From Candidatus Ozemobacteraceae bacterium (GTDB lineage Bacteria; Muiribacteriota; Ozemobacteria; Ozemobacterales; Ozemobacteraceae): DNA of 64,000 nucleotides. The position numbers were made by a program, and so were the translations under genes. The notes below the pieces were generated by a model. It worked only from the letters and a program-made list of their open reading frames with translations, had not been told where the DNA came from and did not search any database. The stretch is from the NCBI GenBank assembly GCA_965140445.1, contig OZ223236.1:1344001-1408000 (forward strand), written 5' to 3'. This document shows positions 46,147-54,413 of the stretch, one piece after another (positions within the stretch are counted from its first letter, which is position 1; the number at the start of each line of letters is the position of its first letter).

Positions 46147-47784
46147 TTAGTTACTTTCTGGAGGATATACAGATATTTCAACGCGGCGGTTAAGCGCCTG
46201 ATTATTTACATTTGAAGGGTCTGCAGGAACATCCCATCCACTACCTTCAACTACAAACTTTTTAGGGTCAAATTTGTATTTCTTGATGAGAGCTTGTTTT
46301 ACAGCTTCTGCTCTATCGTTACTCAGATTCTTAACTACGCTAACTGGTATTTTGCCTTTCATTGAACTGTCGGTATGACCAACAATAGCTACAACTGCCC
46401 GGTCATATGCTCCAACAAGTCTTGCAACCTTGTCCATTGTCAGCTCTACATTTGGATCATACAGAGTGTTTGGCATTGGTTTCCCAGTGAGGTCATGAGC
46501 AGGCTCGTAAATATTAGATGAATTAGGATAGAAGTTTATTCTTACTGTTTGAGTAATGATAGGAGCTTCTGCATTAATTTTTTTATAGGTCGTTGGAACA
46601 AACTTGCTGATGTATTTGTCAGTATGGTTTTTAAATTTGCCTTCTTTTTCTAGTTCTTTTGCAAGTGTAAAATCCATAACCTGATTGAACGGAACGCCTT
46701 CTTCAATCAAACCTGCCTGGTTGTATATAAAATTGATGTTTTTCCAGGTTCTTTCAAAGTTTGTTGGGTTGTTTGCATTTAAGAAAAATTCTTTGTTTTC
46801 TGCAAAGTTTGTTGGATGGGAATCAGCTTCCATGGCTGTCACATCTTCTACTTTCATTCCATAGCCATCTGCCATCCATTGGAAGGCCTTTGCTTTGAAT
46901 GTTGCATTTTCAAGAAGATCCATGCCTTCGTAGATGCCTTCCACAAGACCTTTTACTATTTCAGGTTTATCTCTTGCAAAGTCAGCTCTAACAGCCCAAA
47001 CATCAGCAATAAGCTTGTTTGCTTCTGCTGTTGTGGTAAGAATTCTGGTTCCGGCAACTTTTTCAGGGATTGTATAAACATCTGGGGCCCAACTTACACA
47101 AGCATCGATAGATTTGTCAGAAACAAATGCTGCTGCAGCTTCGAAGGCTGTGGAAGTATATTTATGGGTAACTTCGTCTAATCCAATTCCTGCATTAATC
47201 AAAAGGTTACTTATAAAGTATTGAGAGGGGCTGTTTTGGGCATAAACAATAGTTTTGCCTTTCAGGTCGGCAACGGATTTAATTCTTGTTCTTACAACAA
47301 TTCCATCTCCGCCACAGGACCAGTCAATTTGCTGGAAAATACGTGGAGCGGTTCTGCTGTCTTTCATCAGTCCTGGGGCAAAAAGGGCTATCATGTCAAG
47401 AGTTCCCCAAAGAACATGGCTGTTTCCTGTTGCGTAAGAGTCTCTTGCTGCAACTGGATCATCAATAAGTTTTAAATCTACTTTAAAACCAAACTTTTTG
47501 AAGAAAACGCTTTCTTCGTTTGGTGCAAATCCGTGGTTAGCGGCAATAATTGGAAGCCATCCTGCCCAAACGTTGATTGGAAAAACAACAATTTTTTCTT
47601 TGTCATCCCATTTATAGGAAGAAGTGCCTTTTACAGGAGGTAAAAGTTCTCTTGGAACAAATTTGTATTCCTTTACAGTAGTTACGCTGTTTGTGTCAGG
47701 CGCTTCAACTTGGGCTGAAGCCATGCCTGTAAAAGCTATAAACAAAGCTAAAAGTAGAAAACAAAAAGTATTTCGTAATTTCAT
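46147..47784 (-). CDS. NMT1/SsuA-like solute-binding protein fused to a C-terminal OmpA-like domain (cleavable signal)
   Basis: Signal ASA-Q; DWSCGGDGIV, DLKGK, VSWAP, IADV; IVGHTD, LSNDRAEAV, NRRVEI. Confidence 0.88.
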   Translation of the reverse strand: MKLRNTFCFLLLALFIAFTGMASAQVEAPDTNSVTTVKEYKFVPRELLPPVKGTSSYKWDDKEKIVVFPINVWAGWLPIIAANHGFAPNEESVFFKKFGFKVDLKLIDDPVAARDSYATGNSHVLWGTLDMIALFAPGLMKDSRTAPRIFQQIDWSCGGDGIVVRTRIKSVADLKGKTIVYAQNSPSQYFISNLLINAGIGLDEVTHKYTSTAFEAAAAFVSDKSIDACVSWAPDVYTIPEKVAGTRILTTTAEANKLIADVWAVRADFARDKPEIVKGLVEGIYEGMDLLENATFKAKAFQWMADGYGMKVEDVTAMEADSHPTNFAENKEFFLNANNPTNFERTWKNINFIYNQAGLIEEGVPFNQVMDFTLAKELEKEGKFKNHTDKYISKFVPTTYKKINAEAPIITQTVRINFYPNSSNIYEPAHDLTGKPMPNTLYDPNVELTMDKVARLVGAYDRAVVAIVGHTDSSMKGKIPVSVVKNLSNDRAEAVKQALIKKYKFDPKKFVVEGSGWDVPADPSNVNNQALNRRVEISVYPPESN

Positions 47785-47798
47785 ATTCACTCCCAAAA

Positions 47799-48566
47799 TC
47801 AGTAATTTTTTTCCGATGGTCCCATTTCTCTTCTTGGTGGTTCAAGAACTGGTTCAGCATCTTCTATTTCATTTAAAGTTTCTCCGCCTATGTCTAAGCC
47901 ATTCATGGCCGCGAATTCAGCTAGAGCAGCGTCACCCAAAGCTTCCTGTTCGCTTTCTTTCATGGCTACGCCAGAAGTGTCTATTGAACCGGCGGCAACT
48001 CTGGCTCGGCCAGCAGCTTTGTCTCTTCTTTCTTCAAGTGCTTCAGAGATCCTGTTCACAGTGTCACCAGATCCTCCAATTCCTGTGATCATACCCTTTG
48101 CCATTTCCTGAAGTTCTGCTTGTGCTTCAAGCATCTGAGTCTCACTGACAAGGCTTTGGAGCTTTTCAATTTTGGCTTGTGCTTCTCTAATAGAGACATC
48201 TCTGGATTTTTCAAGATCCTTGAATGTTTTATCAGCCATTTCAAGCTGTTGCTGATTTTCTTCGAGCTGTTGCTTTACTGTTTGGAGCTGCAGGGCAAGC
48301 TGTCCAGCAACTCTTTTGTTGCCAGCCTTAAGATTTGCCGTAATTTTGGCAGTAAGTTCCTTTTCTTTTCGTCCAAGCGTTTTTACTTGTCGCATCAGCC
48401 TTTCGGTAAAGGCTGCATGATTAGCAAGGTTCTCATTGAATCTTGCAATCTGGTGTCTGAGGTTCTCTTTTTCTGCCTCAATAAGCGCTTCTGGATTAGC
48501 GGACTCAAGGCCACTAATGAAAAGACTAAGAAAGCCTCTAATTAAATTTTTTAATCTTTGGTACAT
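47799..48566 (-). CDS. PspA/IM30 (ESCRT-III superfamily) protein
   Basis: Amphipathic helix 0 MYQRLKNLIRG, NPEALIE, long helical hairpin with A..AG...A turn, RI.E..E.R...A..R, DAALAEF. Confidence 0.85.
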   Translation of the reverse strand: MYQRLKNLIRGFLSLFISGLESANPEALIEAEKENLRHQIARFNENLANHAAFTERLMRQVKTLGRKEKELTAKITANLKAGNKRVAGQLALQLQTVKQQLEENQQQLEMADKTFKDLEKSRDVSIREAQAKIEKLQSLVSETQMLEAQAELQEMAKGMITGIGGSGDTVNRISEALEERRDKAAGRARVAAGSIDTSGVAMKESEQEALGDAALAEFAAMNGLDIGGETLNEIEDAEPVLEPPRREMGPSEKNY

Positions 48567-48587
48567 GGCGCAACTCCTTTGGTTTTG

Positions 48588-50357
48588 CTATCTTTCTGGT
48601 GTAAATACTTGGATTTCAACTCTTCTGTTTAGAGCCTGGTTCAGTTTGTCGGATGGATCAGCAGGTTCGGACCACCCTTTCCCGGTAACAATCAATTTAT
48701 TTGATGGAAATTTATACTTTCTGATTAAAGCATTTCTTACTGAATTTGCTCGATCCTGTGAAAGATCTTTTACTGCTTTTTCAGGCACTTTACCTTTCAT
48801 AGAACTGTCTGTATGACCTACTATCGCCACAGTTGCTCGCTCATACTGTCCAACCATTCGAGCTATTTTTTCAAGTGTGGCGTCAACTGACGGATCATAT
48901 AGAGTGTTTCTGATGGGTTGCCCAAATTCGTTGTGTTCAGGCTCGTAAATATTATCAGAGTTGGGATAAAAATTGATTCTAACCGTTTGTGTAATTACAG
49001 GAGCTTCAGCTGAAACTTTTCTGTAACTTGTTGGAACAAAGCGGCTAACCTGAATTGCACTTTGATTTTTGAACTGCCCTGATGATTCAAGCTCTTTAAT
49101 GATCGAGAAATCTACTATTTCATCAAATCTGACTGGAGTTCCAATTAACCCCAATTCTCTATAGACAAATATTATATTTTTCCAGGTTCTTTCAAAATTG
49201 GTTGGGCTGTTTTTATTAAGAAAGAAGTTTTTGTTTTCTGCAAAATTAGTGGTATAGGCATCAGCTTCCATGGATTTGATATCATCAAATTTCATTCCAT
49301 AACCATCAGCCATCCATTGAAAAGCTTTTACCTTGGTTGTGTTGTTTTTTAAAAGGTCCATACCTTCAAAAATACCTGCAACCAGACCTTTTATTATATC
49401 TGGATGATCCTTGGCAAAGTCAGCTCTAGCAGCCCATACATCAGTGATTAACCTATTTGCATCTGCTGTCGTCGTAAGGATTCTGGTGCCAGCGATTTTT
49501 TCGGGAATTGTATAAATGTCTGGAGCCCAGCTTACACAAGCGTTTATGCTGGAGTCTGAAACAAATGCTGCTGCAGCTTCAAAAGCTGTTGAAGTGTATT
49601 TATGCTTAACTTTTGAAGGAGAAATTCCCGCATTAATAAGGAGGTTGTTAATAAAATACTGTGAAGGACTATTTTGAGCGTAAACAATAGTTTTACCTTC
49701 AAGATCCTTCACTGATCTAATGTTACCTCTTACAACAATTCCGTCTCCCCCGCTTGACCAATCAATTTGCTGGAAAATTCTTGGTGCGGTTCGGCTATCT
49801 TTCATAAGCTCAGGAGAAAACAGGGCGATCATGTCCAGGGTTCCCCAAAGAACGTGGGATTCGCCTGAAGCAAATGAATCTCTGGCTATTACAGGGTCGT
49901 CAATTAGTTTCAGATCAACTTTGAAACCATATTTTTTGAAGAAAACGCTTTCTTCATTGGGAGCAAAGCCATGATTTGCAGCAATAATTGGAAGCCAACC
50001 AAACCATACGTTTATTGGAAAGACAACAATTTTCTCTTCTTCATTCCATTTGTAACCGGAGACACCTTTCACTGGTGGAAGAGTTTCTCTTGGAACATAA
50101 TTATATTCCTGTACGGTGGTTATGCCCGTGCTGTCAGGAGCTTCAACTTGTGCGCTGACATTGTTTGAGGCAGGAGGAACTGTAGATGAAGTGTTGCTTG
50201 AATTTGTTGAGGTGGCAACCGGGTTATTATTGGAAGAAGGGAAAAGTTTATTCCTTATCTCGGGTGAAAAAGAAACCGCTGCGGCTGCAATACACCCAAC
50301 AATAAAGGTAAACATTACTAATTTGCCCAGTGGAGTAGGGCCCATATCGTTGCTCAC
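48588..50357 (-). CDS. NMT1/SsuA-like solute-binding protein fused to an OmpA-like domain (N-terminal TM anchor)
   Basis: Close paralog of 46147-47784; TM then Ser/Asn/Thr-rich linker; GHTD and NRRVEI; GTG start with GAGGAGG SD. Confidence 0.88.
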   Translation of the reverse strand: MSNDMGPTPLGKLVMFTFIVGCIAAAAVSFSPEIRNKLFPSSNNNPVATSTNSSNTSSTVPPASNNVSAQVEAPDSTGITTVQEYNYVPRETLPPVKGVSGYKWNEEEKIVVFPINVWFGWLPIIAANHGFAPNEESVFFKKYGFKVDLKLIDDPVIARDSFASGESHVLWGTLDMIALFSPELMKDSRTAPRIFQQIDWSSGGDGIVVRGNIRSVKDLEGKTIVYAQNSPSQYFINNLLINAGISPSKVKHKYTSTAFEAAAAFVSDSSINACVSWAPDIYTIPEKIAGTRILTTTADANRLITDVWAARADFAKDHPDIIKGLVAGIFEGMDLLKNNTTKVKAFQWMADGYGMKFDDIKSMEADAYTTNFAENKNFFLNKNSPTNFERTWKNIIFVYRELGLIGTPVRFDEIVDFSIIKELESSGQFKNQSAIQVSRFVPTSYRKVSAEAPVITQTVRINFYPNSDNIYEPEHNEFGQPIRNTLYDPSVDATLEKIARMVGQYERATVAIVGHTDSSMKGKVPEKAVKDLSQDRANSVRNALIRKYKFPSNKLIVTGKGWSEPADPSDKLNQALNRRVEIQVFTPER

Positions 50358-50381
50358 TTAATCCTCCTCAAAGAGAGATTG

Positions 50382-50453
50382 ATCAGCACAAATATCTGCG
50401 CTGATAGTTTTTTTAACCCCAACATGATACCGATAAAATGAGGTTTAAAGCAA
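50382..50453 (-). promoter_or_regulatory. Putative promoter and 5'-UTR hairpin of the PspA/AAA/ABC operon
   Basis: TTGCTT-N18-TATCAT; ATCAGCGCA-gatatt-TGTGCTGAT hairpin downstream. Confidence 0.5.
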
Positions 50454-50532
50454 CCATTTTCCTGAGAACATATTCTAAAAAACTGGTCATTTAATCTTGT
50501 TAAAATATATGAAATTGTCGATAAGCATTGAT

Positions 50533-51114
50533 ATGAAAAAGCTTATTAAAAAAGTGTCACTGCTCGCTTTGGTTATATTATTCTTTGGTTTTTCTACCTC
50601 TTATGGAGCAAGAAATCCAAAACTGCTTGTTGATAACAGCCCAAGACCAGAGATCTGGGGAGCGGCCGTTGGACCGACAATAAAATATAAAAGAATATCC
50701 GGCCCCTATGATTTTGGTGGCGATATGTTTGTTTGGGGAATTCGTGCATTTGGAGGAAAAGCGTCAGAGCCAAAGCTTGGTTTAATGTATTCTTCAGGGA
50801 ATCTTAGCGGCACGGGGTTTAAATTCAATTTACAGATGAGCGGTCTGACTTTGGAAGATTCATTTACAGAAGACTCAAGAGTTAAATGGCGGGCAAGTTT
50901 TGGTGGTGGAAAATATGAAATGACATCCAGAACTTCAGGTTACGTTGTAAATAAGGGCTCATTCACTTTTCTGGAGCCAATGCTTGTGGGAGTTTTGCCA
51001 ATGAGCAATCACATTGTTTTAGAATTTGGCGTTGGTTACACTTTTGCAGGAGCAACCGGAGTTAGAATTGAGGGGTTGGCTTTGCAGGCAGAGCTTTTAA
51101 TGGGGAAATTTTAA
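50533..51114 (+). CDS. Small outer-membrane beta-barrel protein
   Basis: Signal peptide, about 8 Gly/aromatic amphipathic strands, C-terminal GKF; start uncertain (50497-50533). Confidence 0.65.
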   Translation: MKKLIKKVSLLALVILFFGFSTSYGARNPKLLVDNSPRPEIWGAAVGPTIKYKRISGPYDFGGDMFVWGIRAFGGKASEPKLGLMYSSGNLSGTGFKFNLQMSGLTLEDSFTEDSRVKWRASFGGGKYEMTSRTSGYVVNKGSFTFLEPMLVGVLPMSNHIVLEFGVGYTFAGATGVRIEGLALQAELLMGKF

Positions 51115-51120
51115 GATCTC

Positions 51121-54100
51121 TTATTTTTGGCTGTATAGCTTGTCTGATCTATCAAAGGCATCTCTGTAGTTTATATCCACATTACAAATGGTGTCATACA
51201 TTTTTAATGCCATATCAATTTTCTTTTCTTTTTCTAGTTCCAGACCAATTCTATACAACACGTCTTTTAAATCTTCGCCCATCAGTTCCGGATCTATGTC
51301 GATTGTTTGGATTATTTCCATGGACATTTCGGTCTCGCCAAGGTGTAAATGGGCGTCAGATAATAAAATCCCGGCATCTCTAGATCTTTCGGAAGCGAAA
51401 ATTGGAGAAAGGATATTTTTTACTTCTTCCCAGTTCTGGGCAGCAGCTTTTTCTCTCGCCATAGAGATTACTTGAAGAGTGCTTGGGAGATTATTTTCTG
51501 ATTTTTGTTCAGAAGAGGTTTGCATCTCAGGAATCATTGTTTCCTGAGGCTTTGTTTGAGGTAAATCTATTGTTGGTTCTTTAATTGAAATTTCACTTTG
51601 GGCGGGGCCACCAAGTTCTTCAGGGAATTCACCAGCAAGATCTCCTAGCAGGTCGTCTTCTCCAAACGGATCAAGGGTGGGGATGTCAAGCAGGTCATCA
51701 GAAGATCCTGGCATTTCAAAGTCTGGTTCCGGCAGATCTACTGCCATATCTGTTACTCCCATATTGGCTATTGGAACCTCAGTGCCGTCTATACCTCCCG
51801 CAGTATATTCTTCAATGGGAGCTGCTTTCAAGAAATCTGGAAGTGGAATTTCTTCGTTTGCGCCGGTAAAGCCTTCTGGTGGCGGCTCAATAAAGCTTTC
51901 TATTTCATCGTCCGACATTGGAAATTGTGGTTCTGGTAAGTCCGGGATTGGCAGATCAGGAAGAGGAATTTCTGTTTCGACCGCGTTTCCATTATTTTCT
52001 TCTGAGTATTCGCCGGGAAGAGGTGCTGCCATAGAAACCTCTTTTTGCAGACCAGCAATAATTTCGTGCAACTGTGGATTATCCGGATGTTGTGAAAGAA
52101 ATTTTTCGTATTGTGCAATTGCTTCTTCTATCATTCCAAGCTTTTTCATGGAAGAACTGTAAACGACATGGATACCCATGTTATTTATAGAATTTTCAAG
52201 CACTTTAACACATTCTCTCGCTGCATCAGAGTATCGCCCAAGTTTAGAGTAGTTTCTTGCCAGTAGCTCTCTGAATTCAATGTCTTCTTTATGTTTTAGA
52301 GCTTCTTCAAGAACATAAACAACTTCTTCGCCCATTGTTTTATTACGAACGTAACCTTCTGATAATGCTAATGCGGTCTCCTTGCTTGAGGGGTTGCTTT
52401 GAAAATAAGTGAACATTAAATTCATAGCTTCAATAGTAAAGACTTTTTTCTTTGCGTAATGATCTGCAAGAAGCGGAAGATATTCAGAGTTTTCCGGGTT
52501 TTCTTTGTAGATAGTTTCATACATGGATATGGCTTCATCAGAAGAGTCTCTGCTTTCAAGTGACGCCTTGGCTAAATAACCCCATGCAACATAATTGTCG
52601 TGAAACTTTTCCAGAAGATACCTGGCATTTTCCTGACATTTTACAAAGTTTTTAAGCTCATAATGAGCTTTTACAGCCATCTCAATTAATTCGCGCTCAA
52701 CTTGAATGGGCTGCTCTTTGGTAAGGATTTTTTCTATTAATCCAATAGCCTTTGGGTAGTTTCCTTTTTCGAAAGCAGTTTTTGCGCTTTTGATTGGATC
52801 GAATAGTGTAAAAGCGACAGCCGGAAGTAGTCGTAAAACAAAAACAACCAATACCAAAAATAATAAAAATCCAGTCACAATCAGCATTGGAATCTTATGT
52901 AAGGTAAAGAACAAGCCGTATTTAATTGAATTATAATCGCTTTGGTTTTTTGCAAATTTTTCTTCTGCTAAAACAAATTCATCAAACAATTCCTGAGCTT
53001 CTTCAAACTTTTTTAACTCATAAAGAAGGAGAATTTTTTGCCACTTGATTTCTCTTATAAGCAAAGGATCTACGCCATCCTGCTGTAAAACTATATTGAA
53101 ATAATATAGGGCTTTAGCCTTGTCTGGATTTTTCTTAAAAAGATATATTTTTCCAAGGTAAAACGGTGCTTCAACGAATCTTTCTGGTTCTTCATTCCAG
53201 CCTTTTTCTATTCCTCGCAAAGCCATGTCAAAATCTTCTTTTTCATAGATTCCAATGGCTAGCTTGTATTTTTTGAATAGCTCAAATTTTTCATCGAGTT
53301 TGGCTTTCAGCTCATCTTTGCCCTGGATCTCTGGATATATGCCAATTGCCTTGTTCAGAGTGCTGAGACTGTCATCAAATTTTTTGTCTTTAAATTGTTG
53401 CTCAGCCTGTTTAAACCAATACTCAGCTTTTTTTATTTTTTCCTGCTCAGGATCTACTTCTTCATCTGGGTCTTGAGCAATGGCGTCATCAGGGGAAGCT
53501 ACATTCCTTACTGGGGTTGGCCTTGGAATTACAGGCGAATCTACGCCTGGGGAATCCAAATCGGGAAGGTCTATTTCGTCGGGATCTTGTTCATCAACAC
53601 CTGTCTCATCTGGAAGTGGTGAATTGTCATCTATTGATGCAATTTCTGCATTATCCAAGTCTGTAGGATTCTGTTCATCAACGTCAGAAACCATTGGATC
53701 AGGGTCAGGTTGCGTTTCTGGAGGGCGAACAACAGGAGGCAAGTTTGTAGGATCATTCTCAAAGGGACTTTCCGGCGCCGACGGTTCTCCACTATCGCCA
53801 GCTAACTGCTGAACTCTACGGAGGAAATTTTTGTTTTTGACAATTTTTTTTGCGGTGCTGATTCCGTAACTTTTACATGAATACAAGAACTGGAAGTCAG
53901 CAAAAACAACAGGTGAATCAGGTAAGCCTTCAAGAGCCAAACCTATCTGATCAAAAGCCTGGCCGGTATTTCCTTTTTTAAACAAAATTTTAGCAAAAAC
54001 GTAGTTTGCAAGTGGGCCTGGCTTGTTGTTTAGAGCTTTGTTTATGAAACCTGTGGCTTCATCTAATTTACCTTCATGAAAACTAATGTCTGCCAGAATT

Positions 54101-54375
54101 GTAAATAACGCTGGATCGTCTGGATTAACTTTAGCCTGTTTAACCAACCGTTGCTTTGTTCTTTCCAGAAGGTCTTTTCTAAGTTTTGTAAGCTTGGGAT
54201 CATCCTGATCTACAGCAATTTCATGCCTGAGGATTTCCATGTATGCTTCGCCATACATTCTTGCGCTAAGAAATTTTCTGAGTGCGGTATAGTTTGTTGT
54301 TTCAGCCCAAAGTTGGCCTGAAACGGCTACAAGAATGAGTGTCGCACAAATTATAATCGAAAATCTTTTTAACAT
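51121..54375 (-). CDS. Large bitopic TPR protein with acidic Pro-rich linkers
   Basis: Signal peptide, periplasmic TPRs, TM at aa ~495-520, cytoplasmic TPRs, acidic linker, terminal TPR ending INYRDAFDR. Confidence 0.8.
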   Translation of the reverse strand: MLKRFSIIICATLILVAVSGQLWAETTNYTALRKFLSARMYGEAYMEILRHEIAVDQDDPKLTKLRKDLLERTKQRLVKQAKVNPDDPALFTILADISFHEGKLDEATGFINKALNNKPGPLANYVFAKILFKKGNTGQAFDQIGLALEGLPDSPVVFADFQFLYSCKSYGISTAKKIVKNKNFLRRVQQLAGDSGEPSAPESPFENDPTNLPPVVRPPETQPDPDPMVSDVDEQNPTDLDNAEIASIDDNSPLPDETGVDEQDPDEIDLPDLDSPGVDSPVIPRPTPVRNVASPDDAIAQDPDEEVDPEQEKIKKAEYWFKQAEQQFKDKKFDDSLSTLNKAIGIYPEIQGKDELKAKLDEKFELFKKYKLAIGIYEKEDFDMALRGIEKGWNEEPERFVEAPFYLGKIYLFKKNPDKAKALYYFNIVLQQDGVDPLLIREIKWQKILLLYELKKFEEAQELFDEFVLAEEKFAKNQSDYNSIKYGLFFTLHKIPMLIVTGFLLFLVLVVFVLRLLPAVAFTLFDPIKSAKTAFEKGNYPKAIGLIEKILTKEQPIQVERELIEMAVKAHYELKNFVKCQENARYLLEKFHDNYVAWGYLAKASLESRDSSDEAISMYETIYKENPENSEYLPLLADHYAKKKVFTIEAMNLMFTYFQSNPSSKETALALSEGYVRNKTMGEEVVYVLEEALKHKEDIEFRELLARNYSKLGRYSDAARECVKVLENSINNMGIHVVYSSSMKKLGMIEEAIAQYEKFLSQHPDNPQLHEIIAGLQKEVSMAAPLPGEYSEENNGNAVETEIPLPDLPIPDLPEPQFPMSDDEIESFIEPPPEGFTGANEEIPLPDFLKAAPIEEYTAGGIDGTEVPIANMGVTDMAVDLPEPDFEMPGSSDDLLDIPTLDPFGEDDLLGDLAGEFPEELGGPAQSEISIKEPTIDLPQTKPQETMIPEMQTSSEQKSENNLPSTLQVISMAREKAAAQNWEEVKNILSPIFASERSRDAGILLSDAHLHLGETEMSMEIIQTIDIDPELMGEDLKDVLYRIGLELEKEKKIDMALKMYDTICNVDINYRDAFDRSDKLYSQK

Positions 54376-54413
54376 AGAACAGGCTTTCGTTTTAGATTAA
54401 AGAAATCTTTTCA

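Noticed and set aside
46147..50357. Long direct-repeat similarity suggesting an assembly duplication or mobile element
   Set aside because: The copies differ at many synonymous positions and have different N-termini, so they are genuine paralogues
50429..50436. ACCGATAA as a sigma28 -10 box for the small barrel gene (similar one at 9976)
   Set aside because: No TAAA-like -35 at 15-16 nt spacing
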